Of a stretch of 64,000 nt of DNA, positions 10,066 to 19,019 are shown in pieces. Each line of letters starts with the position of its first letter. Positions within the stretch are counted from its first letter, which is position 1. The notes below the pieces were generated by a model. The model had not been told where the DNA came from and ran no database searches. It was given only the letters and a program-made list of their open reading frames with translations. The translations under genes were made by a program, and so were the position numbers. The stretch lies in NCBI GenBank assembly GCA_052173295.1, contig JBQMYW010000004.1, positions 3,511-67,510 of the forward strand, written 5' to 3'. The stretch comes from Treponema sp. (GTDB lineage: Bacteria; Spirochaetota; Spirochaetia; Treponematales; Treponemataceae).

Positions 10066-11720
10066 TGGAAACAGCAGTCAATCTTAATCGCGTAAACTTT
10101 CAGTATAAGACAGCGGAACATCACGGTGCATTAGGCACAGTACACAAAAATGCTGCTATCAAAAATGTTTCTCTTTCAATACGGAAAGGCGAATGTCTTT
10201 TGTTAACAGGTATATCCGGCTGCGGCAAAACGACCATACTCAGAACACTCAACGGCTTAATTCCGAATTACTATGAGGGAACACTCACCGGAACCATAGA
10301 GATTTTAGGAGAACCGGCGGCAGGCAAACCTATTTACGATATTTCAAAAAAAGTTTCAACAGTATTTCAAAATCCCAAATCGCAATTTTTTAATCTTGAC
10401 ACTACGTCGGAAATTTTATTTTTCCTTGAAAATATGGGAACTCCGTTTGAAAAAATGCACGAGCGGCTGCGGTTTGTTTCGCAGTTTTTGCACATTGAAC
10501 ATCTGCTTGACCGGAATATCTTTAACCTTTCAGGCGGCGAAAAACAAATGATAGCCATCGCTTCCGCCCTTGCTTCCGATACGGATATTATCGTATTTGA
10601 TGAACCAACTTCCAACCTCGATGTCTGTTATATTGAAAAAATTACGGAAGTATTACGCCTTTTGAAAGAAGCTGGTAAAACGCTGATTATCAGTGAACAC
10701 CGCCTGCATTTTTTACGAGAGCTGATTGACCGTGTTCTGTTAATAAAAAATGGAATAATTGAACAAGAATTTAGTCAACAAGAATTTACCGCTCTTTCCG
10801 AACAAAGTAGAAAAAAATTGTTGCTCCGCCCCATCACCATGAATTCGGATATTTTTACACGGGCGGAGAATTCCGACTACGCAGAGGTGCATACTGCGGG
10901 TTTTACGCATACTACAGAAACAGATCATTTAAAGATAGCACAGCTACGGTACCGTTTCCCTAAAGCCCGTACGGATTTTCTAACCGTAGAAAATGTAACA
11001 CTGTCATTCGGAAAAGTAATTGCACTTACCGGAAAAAACGGACAGGGAAAAAGCACGTTTGCTCAATGTCTTACTGGTTTATTAAAATCAAAAACGGATT
11101 CGGTTTTTTTGAATGGAACAAAACTGAATGCAAAACAGCGGCTTGAACTTTCATACATGGTTTTGCAAGATGCCGGTTATCAGCTTTTTACTGAAAGCGT
11201 TGAAGATGAAATACTCCTTGGGAAAAACAAAACGGTTACAAAGTCCGTGCATGGAACCGGCAGCTCCGATTGTTCAGAACATACAGCCGATTCTTGCACT
11301 GCGGTAATCTCTACCGTAGAAGATATTTTAAAAGCAATGAATTTAACAGAAATTAAAGCGATGCACCCATTAAGCTTATCCGGCGGACAAAAACAACGGG
11401 TTTCAATCGGAGCTGCCGTCAGTTCAGGAGCCCGCATTATCATCATGGACGAGCCGACTTCAGGAATGGACTATTTTCACATGAAAGAAACAGCACGCTT
11501 GATTCATGCAATACGTTCACCTGAAACCCTCATTGTAATTATTAGCCATGATTTTGAATTTCTCACCCTGACAGCTGACGAAATTATCCTTATGGAACAA
11601 GGGAACATTGTCACTCATGCACCATTTACCGCAGAAAAAGCTCAAGAAATTTTTACGCTTCTGAAACGAGAAGATTGCTGCCCAAGAACAAACCTATCCG
11701 AAAACAAAGTGATCGAATAG
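10065..11720 (+). CDS. ECF transporter dual-domain ATPase
   Basis: Two ABC domains: GISGCGKTT/LSGGEKQ/DEPT and GKNGQGKS/LSGGQKQ/DEPT. Confidence 0.9.
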   Translation: METAVNLNRVNFQYKTAEHHGALGTVHKNAAIKNVSLSIRKGECLLLTGISGCGKTTILRTLNGLIPNYYEGTLTGTIEILGEPAAGKPIYDISKKVSTVFQNPKSQFFNLDTTSEILFFLENMGTPFEKMHERLRFVSQFLHIEHLLDRNIFNLSGGEKQMIAIASALASDTDIIVFDEPTSNLDVCYIEKITEVLRLLKEAGKTLIISEHRLHFLRELIDRVLLIKNGIIEQEFSQQEFTALSEQSRKKLLLRPITMNSDIFTRAENSDYAEVHTAGFTHTTETDHLKIAQLRYRFPKARTDFLTVENVTLSFGKVIALTGKNGQGKSTFAQCLTGLLKSKTDSVFLNGTKLNAKQRLELSYMVLQDAGYQLFTESVEDEILLGKNKTVTKSVHGTGSSDCSEHTADSCTAVISTVEDILKAMNLTEIKAMHPLSLSGGQKQRVSIGAAVSSGARIIIMDEPTSGMDYFHMKETARLIHAIRSPETLIVIISHDFEFLTLTADEIILMEQGNIVTHAPFTAEKAQEIFTLLKREDCCPRTNLSENKVIE

Positions 11721-11725
11721 GTCTA
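11689..11725. repeat. Family A palindrome overlapping the 3' end and stop codon of the ATPase gene
   Basis: CAAACCTATCCGAAAACAAAGTGATCGAATAGGTCTA; TAG 11718-11720 lies inside it. Confidence 0.7.
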
Positions 11726-11781
11726 TAAAATGCCCGTTATTCTTGACAAATGCAATAAAACAGCGTAAGTATACATATAAT

Positions 11782-12441
11782 ATGATAAAAAAAATAACAG
11801 CACAGCAGGAAACTTCACAAAATATGTCTTCAAAAGAGCGGATATTGCAGTGTGCTGCCGCTGAATTTCTAAAAAACGGATGGAGAAAAAGTAATATACG
11901 CGAAATTGCACAGCAAGCAGGGCTTACAACGGGTTCTGTGTATTTTCATTTTAAAAATAAGGCGGCATTATTTGAAGCATTGGTAAAAGATACCTACTTT
12001 GAGCTTTTAGAAAAACAAAAACACATGTATGCACGGCACTTTGCTATCCCTCCTACAGAACATGAAAAACGGCGGGCAGTACGGTTAGAAGGACGGAAAG
12101 AGCTATTCGAATATGCGTATGCTCATGCCGATGCGATGCGTCTTTTGTTGTGTGCTTCCGAAGGTACAGAGTATAGCGATCTCTTTGAAAAAATGATGCA
12201 AACCCTGTATGAAGCAGACCTTAAAGCATACAACGAATACGGTATGCAGCACAGTATCCCCTATGTTGATATTGAGCTAATCAGCATTATTGACAGAACT
12301 TTTTGGGAATGTCTTTTTCAAACAATTACGCGTAATACCCCATACAAAAAAGCTCAGCAATACGTACTCATTCTTGATGATTTCTATGAAGCCGGTTGGA
12401 AGAAAATCTTTAAATCACCAGAATTTTCATATCTTAATTAG
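11782..12441 (+). CDS. TetR/AcrR family transcriptional regulator
   Basis: HTH region ILQCAAAEFLKNG...IREIAQQAGLTTGSVYFHFKNKAALF. Start is 11782 or 11824; the track's TTG 11743 is the TTGACA -35 box. Confidence 0.92.
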   Translation: MIKKITAQQETSQNMSSKERILQCAAAEFLKNGWRKSNIREIAQQAGLTTGSVYFHFKNKAALFEALVKDTYFELLEKQKHMYARHFAIPPTEHEKRRAVRLEGRKELFEYAYAHADAMRLLLCASEGTEYSDLFEKMMQTLYEADLKAYNEYGMQHSIPYVDIELISIIDRTFWECLFQTITRNTPYKKAQQYVLILDDFYEAGWKKIFKSPEFSYLN

Positions 12442-12476
12442 ACCTGTCCAAAAACTTCAGTTTTTGGACAGGTCTA
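12439..12476. repeat. Family A palindrome supplying the tetR stop codon
   Basis: TAGACCTGTCCAAAAACTTCAGTTTTTGGACAGGTCTA, 38 bp, near-perfect inverted repeat. Its first TAG is the tetR stop. Confidence 0.88.
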
Positions 12477-12610
12477 TTGACTTACACTTGCTAAAATTCA
12501 AAAATCCGCACTTTTTAAAGAGAAAGGGATTCAGCATGAAAACGGGTACAGGCAGTATTGTTGCTGTAATATCTGCAGGGCTAGACAAAAAAGACACCAT
12601 AGGAACCCCC

Positions 12611-12650
12611 TTGACAAAAAAGTAACCAATAATTAACATAACAATGTTAT
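12611..12650 (+). promoter_or_regulatory. Sigma70 promoter and candidate TetR operator for the ABC pair
   Basis: TTGACA-17-TAACAT overlapping the perfect palindrome ATAACA-A-TGTTAT (12638-12650). Confidence 0.7.
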
Positions 12651-12699
12651 AATCATAAAGGTTATTTTTATTCTGAATATTACAGTGAGGAAAAATTAT

Positions 12700-14439
12700 A
12701 TGTTAAAAAATTATTTTGGGTTGTCAGATAAAGGTGCCCGGGATATGAAGACAGCATCCGCTGTTGCAACCTTTGGGAATCTATTTTTGATGATTCCGCT
12801 CGGCTTATCTTTGTATGTTTTGCAGGAACTTCTAAAACCGCTGCAAGAAGAATCGCCGGTTGTACTTAATCCGTGGTTTTTTGGCGGTGCCGCAATACTT
12901 ATCATTGCGATACTATTTTTAATTGAAAAACTCAAATACCGCAAAACATACAATACCTGTTATGAAGAATCAGCGAATGTACGCATCACACTTGCAGAAA
13001 ATATCCGCAAGCTGCCGCTTTCCTATTTTGGAAAAAAAGACTTATCCGATTTAACAGCAACGCTGCTCAATGATGTTACCACAATAGAACACGCATTCGG
13101 ACACACCGGTGCGGATTTAGTTGGAGCGATTGCATCAATTATTATTTCGGCAGCAATGCTTGCTCTTTTTGATTGGCGTATGACGATTGCACTTTTTAGC
13201 TGTGCAGCTCTCGGATTTTTCTTTGTGTATATATCACGTAAACAATCACGCCGCTTTGGAATCCGTATGAATACCATACTCTTCGGTATTTACAATTCCA
13301 TTCAGCAAATGCTTGATAACATTAAAGTACTGAAATCTTCTGATAAAAAAGACGATTACGTTCAAGCAGTAAAAGACGAGATTGCATTCAGCACCAAAGA
13401 AGCGGTAAAAGCCGAATTATTCACCGGTGTAGTGATGATAGGCTCAATTATTGTTGTACGGTTCGGCTTTCCGATTGTTATTGCAGTTGGGGCAATTCTC
13501 TATGCTCAAGGGACACTGCCGCTTTTTACCTATCTTGTGTTTTTGCTAATTGCAGGAAGAATATTTGAGCCGCTCACCGCTATTTTTATGATGCTCGGAG
13601 AATTCTTTTTTGCACGCACTGCGGTAGAACGTCAGCTGGAAATCCTTAACTATCCTAAGCAGACGGGAAGCGAAACATTCAATCCAAACGGCTACGATAT
13701 TCAGTATGAAAATGTTTCATTTTCATACAATGATGACGCAGACCGCGATACCGTAAGCAACATTAGCTTTACTGCAAAGCAGGGAGAAATTACCGCCCTT
13801 GTTGGACACTCAGGCTGCGGCAAGTCAACGATTGCCCGTCTTGCAGCACGTTTTTGGGACGTTTCCGCCGGTACAGTACGTGTCGGCGGTATAGATGTGT
13901 CATCCATAGAGCCGGAAACGCTTTTGTCTGCTTTTTCAATTGTGTTTCAAGATGTCGTACTATTCAATGACACAGTATACAATAATATCCTCGTTGGAAA
14001 CAAAGATGCAACAAAAGAGCAAATTATTGCTGCTGCACAAGCAGCACGGTGCAGCGAGTTTATTGAAAAACTTCCGCAAGGCTATGACACAGTTATCGGT
14101 GAAAACGGCTACACTCTTTCAGGCGGAGAGCGGCAGCGGCTTTCTATTGCCCGTGCTCTTTTAAAAGATGCCCCTATTATTCTCCTTGATGAAGCAACAG
14201 CAGCACTCGACCCCGAAAATGAAACGCTTATTCAAGAGGCATTAACAAAGCTTGTCAAAAATAAAACCGTTATTGTTATTGCACACCGGCTTCGTACTAT
14301 CGAACACGCAGACAAAATCGTTGTATTAAAAAATGGCAAAATAGAGGCAACAGGCACTCATGAAGAATTAATGAAAGGAACATCATCATATCCGGTGATG
14401 TACAAGCTGCAAAAAGAAAGTGAGGCATGGTCAGCATAA
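12700..14439 (+). CDS. ABC half-transporter (fused TMD-NBD, exporter fold; YbtPQ/IrtAB-like)
   Basis: Six predicted TM segments, then GHSGCGKST, LSGGERQR, LDEATA, IAHRL. Confidence 0.9.
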   Translation: MLKNYFGLSDKGARDMKTASAVATFGNLFLMIPLGLSLYVLQELLKPLQEESPVVLNPWFFGGAAILIIAILFLIEKLKYRKTYNTCYEESANVRITLAENIRKLPLSYFGKKDLSDLTATLLNDVTTIEHAFGHTGADLVGAIASIIISAAMLALFDWRMTIALFSCAALGFFFVYISRKQSRRFGIRMNTILFGIYNSIQQMLDNIKVLKSSDKKDDYVQAVKDEIAFSTKEAVKAELFTGVVMIGSIIVVRFGFPIVIAVGAILYAQGTLPLFTYLVFLLIAGRIFEPLTAIFMMLGEFFFARTAVERQLEILNYPKQTGSETFNPNGYDIQYENVSFSYNDDADRDTVSNISFTAKQGEITALVGHSGCGKSTIARLAARFWDVSAGTVRVGGIDVSSIEPETLLSAFSIVFQDVVLFNDTVYNNILVGNKDATKEQIIAAAQAARCSEFIEKLPQGYDTVIGENGYTLSGGERQRLSIARALLKDAPIILLDEATAALDPENETLIQEALTKLVKNKTVIVIAHRLRTIEHADKIVVLKNGKIEATGTHEELMKGTSSYPVMYKLQKESEAWSA

Positions 14440-14499
14440 ATAACGGGGTATCTACCGCGTTGCTGAGAATTACAAATTATTTTTAAGGAAGAAACTTAT

Positions 14500-16368
14500 A
14501 TGAATAAACATGAAAAAAACCAACCGAAAAAGACAAAGCAGCCCGGGGTTGTGAGCCGTATTTTAGTATATGCGGGGAAACACAAACCGTTGATTTATCT
14601 TTCACTATTTTGTTCTGCGTTGAGTACCATTGCACTGCTTGTTCCGTATGCACTGGTGTTTTATGTTATACGTGATATTATTTTGGCATATACAACAAGC
14701 AGTGCCGTTGATATTAGGCAGATGATGCTGTACGGCGGAGCTGCTTTGGCTTCGGCGGCTGTGGGATTTCTTCTCTATTTCGCAGCACTGATGTGTTCGC
14801 ATATTACTGCATTCAATGTAATGGGGAATTTAAATACGCGTTTAGCTGATACTTTTGCACGCCTGCCGGTTGGTTGGCACACAACACATTCAAGCGGTGC
14901 TGTACGCAAGGTCTTTGAAAAAAATGCCCATTCATTTGAATCCCTTATCGCACACATGCTGCCCGATGTAGTACAGAATGCGGTAACACCTGTTGCCGTT
15001 TTGTTTTTGATGTTCTTTTTTGATTGGCGATTCGGTCTTATTTCATTTTTACCCTTGCTGATTGCGTTCATATTACAGGGTGTGATGATGGCAAAAGACC
15101 AAAGAACAGGTTTTATGGAAAAATATGAAAACGCCCTCGAAAAGATGAATAGTGCAGGTACGGAATATATCCGCGGTATTTCGGTGGTTAAAACTTTTAA
15201 TCAATCTGTTCACCGTTTTAAGGATTTTTATACTTCGATTATAAACTACCGCGATTATGTTTTAAAATTTTCAATAAGCTGGGAAAATGGATTTTCAATT
15301 TTTCTCGCACTCCTGAAAGCAGGTTTTGTGTTTTTAGTACCTGCTGCTATTATCTTTGCAGGAACAACAACTCAAGGCGAACAGTATGTACAGTTTATAT
15401 ACGGCTTTATTTTTTATCTTTCTCTTTCGCCGGTTATGTTCAATATGATGATAAAAATCATGTACGGCTCAAATTTGAATATGCAAGGCGGCGATGCACT
15501 TAATCGCATAGAAGCTATTTTAAATGAACCGGCAGCACCCGAACCTGCAACTTCTATTATACCGCAAAAGTTTGACATTGCATTTAAAGATGTTGTGTTT
15601 TCATATAAAGACACTAATGGAAAAGAAACAGCTACGGAAAAGCGGGGCTGCTGTACCGGTAAAAAAGCGATTGACGGTATATCGCTCACGCTGCCGGAAC
15701 ATTCACTAACCGCACTTGTAGGACCGTCAGGCGGCGGAAAGACAACCCTTGTCAACTTGCTCGGACGTTTTTGGGAACTGGATTCAGGTATCATCACCAT
15801 CGGCGGAGTAAATATCCAAGACATCAAAACCGATGATCTTATGCACATTATCAGTTTTGTGTTTCAAGAAAACAAGCTCTTTAAAGAAAGCATTTTTGAA
15901 AACATCCGCTACGGCAAAAAAAATGCTACAAAGGAAGAAGTGCTTGCAGTACTGCAAAAGGCAGAATGCATGGACATTATCGAAAAACTTCCCAACGGGA
16001 TAGATACTATTTACGGAACAAAAGGAACATACCTTTCAGGAGGAGAGGCACAACGGCTTGCCATTGCCCGAGCCCTATTGCAGAATGCTCCTATCGTGGT
16101 ACTTGACGAAGCTACCAGCTTTGCTGATGCAGAAAATGAACATAAAATTAAAAAAACATTCAGTCAGCTCCTGAAAAACAAAACCGTTATTATGATTGCA
16201 CATCGGCTTTCTTCCATTGTAAATGCCGATACAATTTGTGTTATCAATGAGGGCAAAATAGAAGAAATCGGCACTCATGCAGAACTTTCGGCAAAAGGCG
16301 GTATGTATACCAAAATGTGGAACAACTTCCAGTCAGGAATTAGCTGGAAATTAGCTACCGCAGGATAG
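14500..16368 (+). CDS. ABC half-transporter (fused TMD-NBD), partner subunit
   Basis: TM domain, then GPSGGGKTT, LSGGEAQR, LDEATS, IAHRL. Confidence 0.9.
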   Translation: MNKHEKNQPKKTKQPGVVSRILVYAGKHKPLIYLSLFCSALSTIALLVPYALVFYVIRDIILAYTTSSAVDIRQMMLYGGAALASAAVGFLLYFAALMCSHITAFNVMGNLNTRLADTFARLPVGWHTTHSSGAVRKVFEKNAHSFESLIAHMLPDVVQNAVTPVAVLFLMFFFDWRFGLISFLPLLIAFILQGVMMAKDQRTGFMEKYENALEKMNSAGTEYIRGISVVKTFNQSVHRFKDFYTSIINYRDYVLKFSISWENGFSIFLALLKAGFVFLVPAAIIFAGTTTQGEQYVQFIYGFIFYLSLSPVMFNMMIKIMYGSNLNMQGGDALNRIEAILNEPAAPEPATSIIPQKFDIAFKDVVFSYKDTNGKETATEKRGCCTGKKAIDGISLTLPEHSLTALVGPSGGGKTTLVNLLGRFWELDSGIITIGGVNIQDIKTDDLMHIISFVFQENKLFKESIFENIRYGKKNATKEEVLAVLQKAECMDIIEKLPNGIDTIYGTKGTYLSGGEAQRLAIARALLQNAPIVVLDEATSFADAENEHKIKKTFSQLLKNKTVIMIAHRLSSIVNADTICVINEGKIEEIGTHAELSAKGGMYTKMWNNFQSGISWKLATAG

Positions 16369-16389
16369 ATGTTTGCAATCCATTTAGGA

Positions 16390-16584
16390 ATGGAAGGGGG
16401 AACGCCCCCTACGCTCCATAAAAGTGTGCTGCATTCGCCAATAAAAAGCAAGGATTTTCGGTTCCCTCAAATCTTGCGGCACTGGAACCAGCAGCACACT
16501 TGTTATTGCACTACCCCCTGTCAAATGGGGAGACCGCACCTACCGCAGCGGTATACTCAAGCGGCAGGCACTCTTGTGCAAGAG
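16390..16584. other. GC-rich multi-hairpin intergenic element (possible MITE or structured RNA)
   Basis: Stems AGGGGG/CCCCCT, AAGTGTGCTGC/GCAGCACACTT enclosing GCAAGGATTT/AAATCTTGC, CCCC/GGGG, TACCGC/GCGGTA and CTCTTG/CAAGAG. Confidence 0.5.
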
Positions 16585-16597
16585 CTAACGGAGCATG

Positions 16598-17011
16598 CTA
16601 CTTTTTTTGCAGCTCGCGAAGTGAATCAAACGGATAAACAATGCCTACCGTTGTTTCTACATAGTTATCAATAGATGAGCCGAAAATAATGGGAGCATCA
16701 GGCTTCATAAATTCTGAGATAACCTGCCGGCATGCTCCGCACGGTCCAACCGGATAATCTGCATCAGGAGTTGCAATCGCAATCGCGGTAAAATTTTTCT
16801 TTCCGTCAGCAATCGCCCGAAAAATAGCAGTTCTTTCTGCACAGTTGGTAAGACCGTAAGACCGGTTTTCAACATTAACACCAGTAACAATAGAACCATC
16901 ATCTAACAACAATGCGGATCCTACACGGAATTGAGAATACGGTACATAGGCATTTTTTGCCGTTTCCAATGCTTTTAAAAATAATTCTTCATACTTACTT
17001 GAATTTTCCAT
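16598..17011 (-). CDS. cdd: Cytidine deaminase (tetrameric type)
   Basis: AYVPYSQFRVG, GVNVEN, CAERTA and PCGACRQ zinc motifs. Confidence 0.96.
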   Translation of the reverse strand: MENSSKYEELFLKALETAKNAYVPYSQFRVGSALLLDDGSIVTGVNVENRSYGLTNCAERTAIFRAIADGKKNFTAIAIATPDADYPVGPCGACRQVISEFMKPDAPIIFGSSIDNYVETTVGIVYPFDSLRELQKK

Positions 17012-17034
17012 AGCTCTATTATACCATGAGTGTT

Positions 17035-18159
17035 ATGAAATTTAAAGATACGAATAAACATTTTATTATTTTTCCGCTTATTTTTTTAGTTATTTATATG
17101 TTTACGGCAACGGTGCCGCTCGGATCAGACGTATACTTTTTACCGGTATGGGTGCGTACCATTGCCCCGGATAGTGCTCAGGCTGAACTTGCCGGTATGA
17201 CAGGCGATAAGCTTTTTTCTATCTGTGCAGAACCGGAAGCCTTTGCTGCAGAATCCCCAAAAGCCTTTATTTCAGGCAGCAGATTCGGGTATTTTACAGA
17301 AAGCGGAACCTTACTGCGTTCGGAGGTTATCAAAAACAACGTATCACTTTCTTCCGAAATGTGGACAGCCTATTCAGAAAACGCACTTAAAACACCGGTA
17401 TACCGCCCTAACGGGGAACTTTTTACTACTATTGATAAAGCGGGCTTTATTCATATTGATGAGCAGCGGCTGTATCTTTTTGAGCCGGGCGGAAATATTG
17501 TTGCATATTACAATACGGACGGTCAGCAAGTATGGCGGTATGCTCATACAGCCGCAATTACTGCGTTTCATAGTGCTGCAATGGGAACCGTTATCGGATA
17601 TTCCGACGGCAGGCTTGTGTATTTAAATAATGAAGGTGTCCCTTTATTGGATCTTTATCCGGGCGGCAGTAATTATCAAATTATTCTTGGTGCGGCACTT
17701 TCAGAAGACGGACGTTTTATCGCCTGTTTATGCGGAATTGACCGCCAGCGGGCATTACTAATCCGTGTTGAAAAAAATAAGTACAAAATTGTGCAGCACC
17801 AGTATTTAAAAGACAGTTTACGGAAACAGCTTTTTGTTGATTTTGACAAAGACGGAAATAATGCTTTTTTTGAGTGTTCAGACGGAATTGGAATATTTGA
17901 CTGCCGCCATTTTTCTACCGGTATTCTGCCGGTTAAAGGAACCATAACAGCAAGCGGATTGCACCCGTATAAAAATATTACAACAGTTATTACACAAAAT
18001 GAACAATCAGCAGTCCTTTCAATTGTTGAAACGCCCATGCATTTAATAGGCAGTACAACTTTTCCGTCAAAAAATACCTTTCTAATTCAGGAACGGGACA
18101 GCCTCTATGTTGCAACAGATCGATCGCTTGCCCGTATTGACATAAAAGGAGTATATTAA
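17035..18159 (+). CDS. Membrane-anchored beta-propeller-like protein
   Basis: N-terminal TM segment and repeated blade-like motifs (DGQQVWRY, GYSDGRL, ALSEDGRFIA). Confidence 0.6.
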   Translation: MKFKDTNKHFIIFPLIFLVIYMFTATVPLGSDVYFLPVWVRTIAPDSAQAELAGMTGDKLFSICAEPEAFAAESPKAFISGSRFGYFTESGTLLRSEVIKNNVSLSSEMWTAYSENALKTPVYRPNGELFTTIDKAGFIHIDEQRLYLFEPGGNIVAYYNTDGQQVWRYAHTAAITAFHSAAMGTVIGYSDGRLVYLNNEGVPLLDLYPGGSNYQIILGAALSEDGRFIACLCGIDRQRALLIRVEKNKYKIVQHQYLKDSLRKQLFVDFDKDGNNAFFECSDGIGIFDCRHFSTGILPVKGTITASGLHPYKNITTVITQNEQSAVLSIVETPMHLIGSTTFPSKNTFLIQERDSLYVATDRSLARIDIKGVY

Positions 18160-19019
18160 TGAAGCGAATGGTACTCGGCGGTATTGCTTGTGCCGTACTA
18201 TATGCAGCATGGGCGTTAGAATGGCCTTCAGAGCAGCCTATTTTTCAACGCTTGTTCGGGCAGCGTATTCATACAACAACCTTTGAACACGGGCTTATTT
18301 TTGATAACCCGCCTATGGTACGCAGTGCCGACAGCGGTATGCTGCTTATAGGTATGGAAAAAAAATATGGAATGCGGTATTTCCCCAGTACTCTTGGAAA
18401 TGCACTCATTTTTTCTCATGAAGACGGCTTACAGACCGTATACGGCAACTTAGAAAGTACCGGTTTTTTACAAAACCGGCTTGCTGTAGAAACGGGGAAT
18501 CCTATCGGTAAAACCGGTAATAGCGGCTGGGGAACTGCCGGAACATTGATTTTCCAAGTTATTGACACGCAAAATCAGGCATATATCAATCCGCAGCTCT
18601 TACTTCCGGCAGTAGAAGACAGTTTAAAACCGCAAATGCAGAATGTTTTTTTGGTATCTGAATCGCAGCAGCGGATCCCGCTAAACGGACAAAAAACTAT
18701 CCGTAAGGGAAGCTATGATCTTTATGCAGATGTATGGGACACTATAGAGAATGGAAAGCAGCCGCTTAATACATTCCGTATTTCAGTGTTTGTCAACGGA
18801 GCAACTATACGGACACTGCCGTTTGAAACAATTACACAAAAAAACGGTGCCGTATACCTCGGAGCAACTGCACTCACAGATTCGCTGCTTTTTCAGCAAA
18901 GTTCAGAACTGTATCTTGGAAAGATTATTTTGAACCGCGGAAAATCCGACATTATGATTACTGCCCGCGATATAACCGGCAATGAAAAATCGGAAATATT
19001 TTCCGTTCATGTAGACTAA
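18159..19019 (+). CDS. M23/LytM-domain protein with degenerate zinc ligands
   Basis: M23-like LGNALIFSHEDGLQTVYGNL...IGKTGNSG, but the HxxxD and HxH motifs are absent. Confidence 0.7.
   Translation: MKRMVLGGIACAVLYAAWALEWPSEQPIFQRLFGQRIHTTTFEHGLIFDNPPMVRSADSGMLLIGMEKKYGMRYFPSTLGNALIFSHEDGLQTVYGNLESTGFLQNRLAVETGNPIGKTGNSGWGTAGTLIFQVIDTQNQAYINPQLLLPAVEDSLKPQMQNVFLVSESQQRIPLNGQKTIRKGSYDLYADVWDTIENGKQPLNTFRISVFVNGATIRTLPFETITQKNGAVYLGATALTDSLLFQQSSELYLGKIILNRGKSDIMITARDITGNEKSEIFSVHVD

Noticed and set aside
16422..16501. SRP RNA (GGAA...AGCAGC resemblance)
   Set aside because: Lacks the conserved helix 8 arrangement (CAGG...GNRA tetraloop...AGCAG); kept only as an unknown structured element.
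8387..16600. Integrative element or prophage at tRNA-Glu
   Set aside because: No integrase and no convincing direct repeat of the tRNA 3' end; only a weak TTCGGTTCCC versus TTCGATTCCC match near 16457.
16369..16674. 101-aa ORF after the ABC pair
   Set aside because: No SD, overlaps cdd on the opposite strand and runs through the hairpin element.
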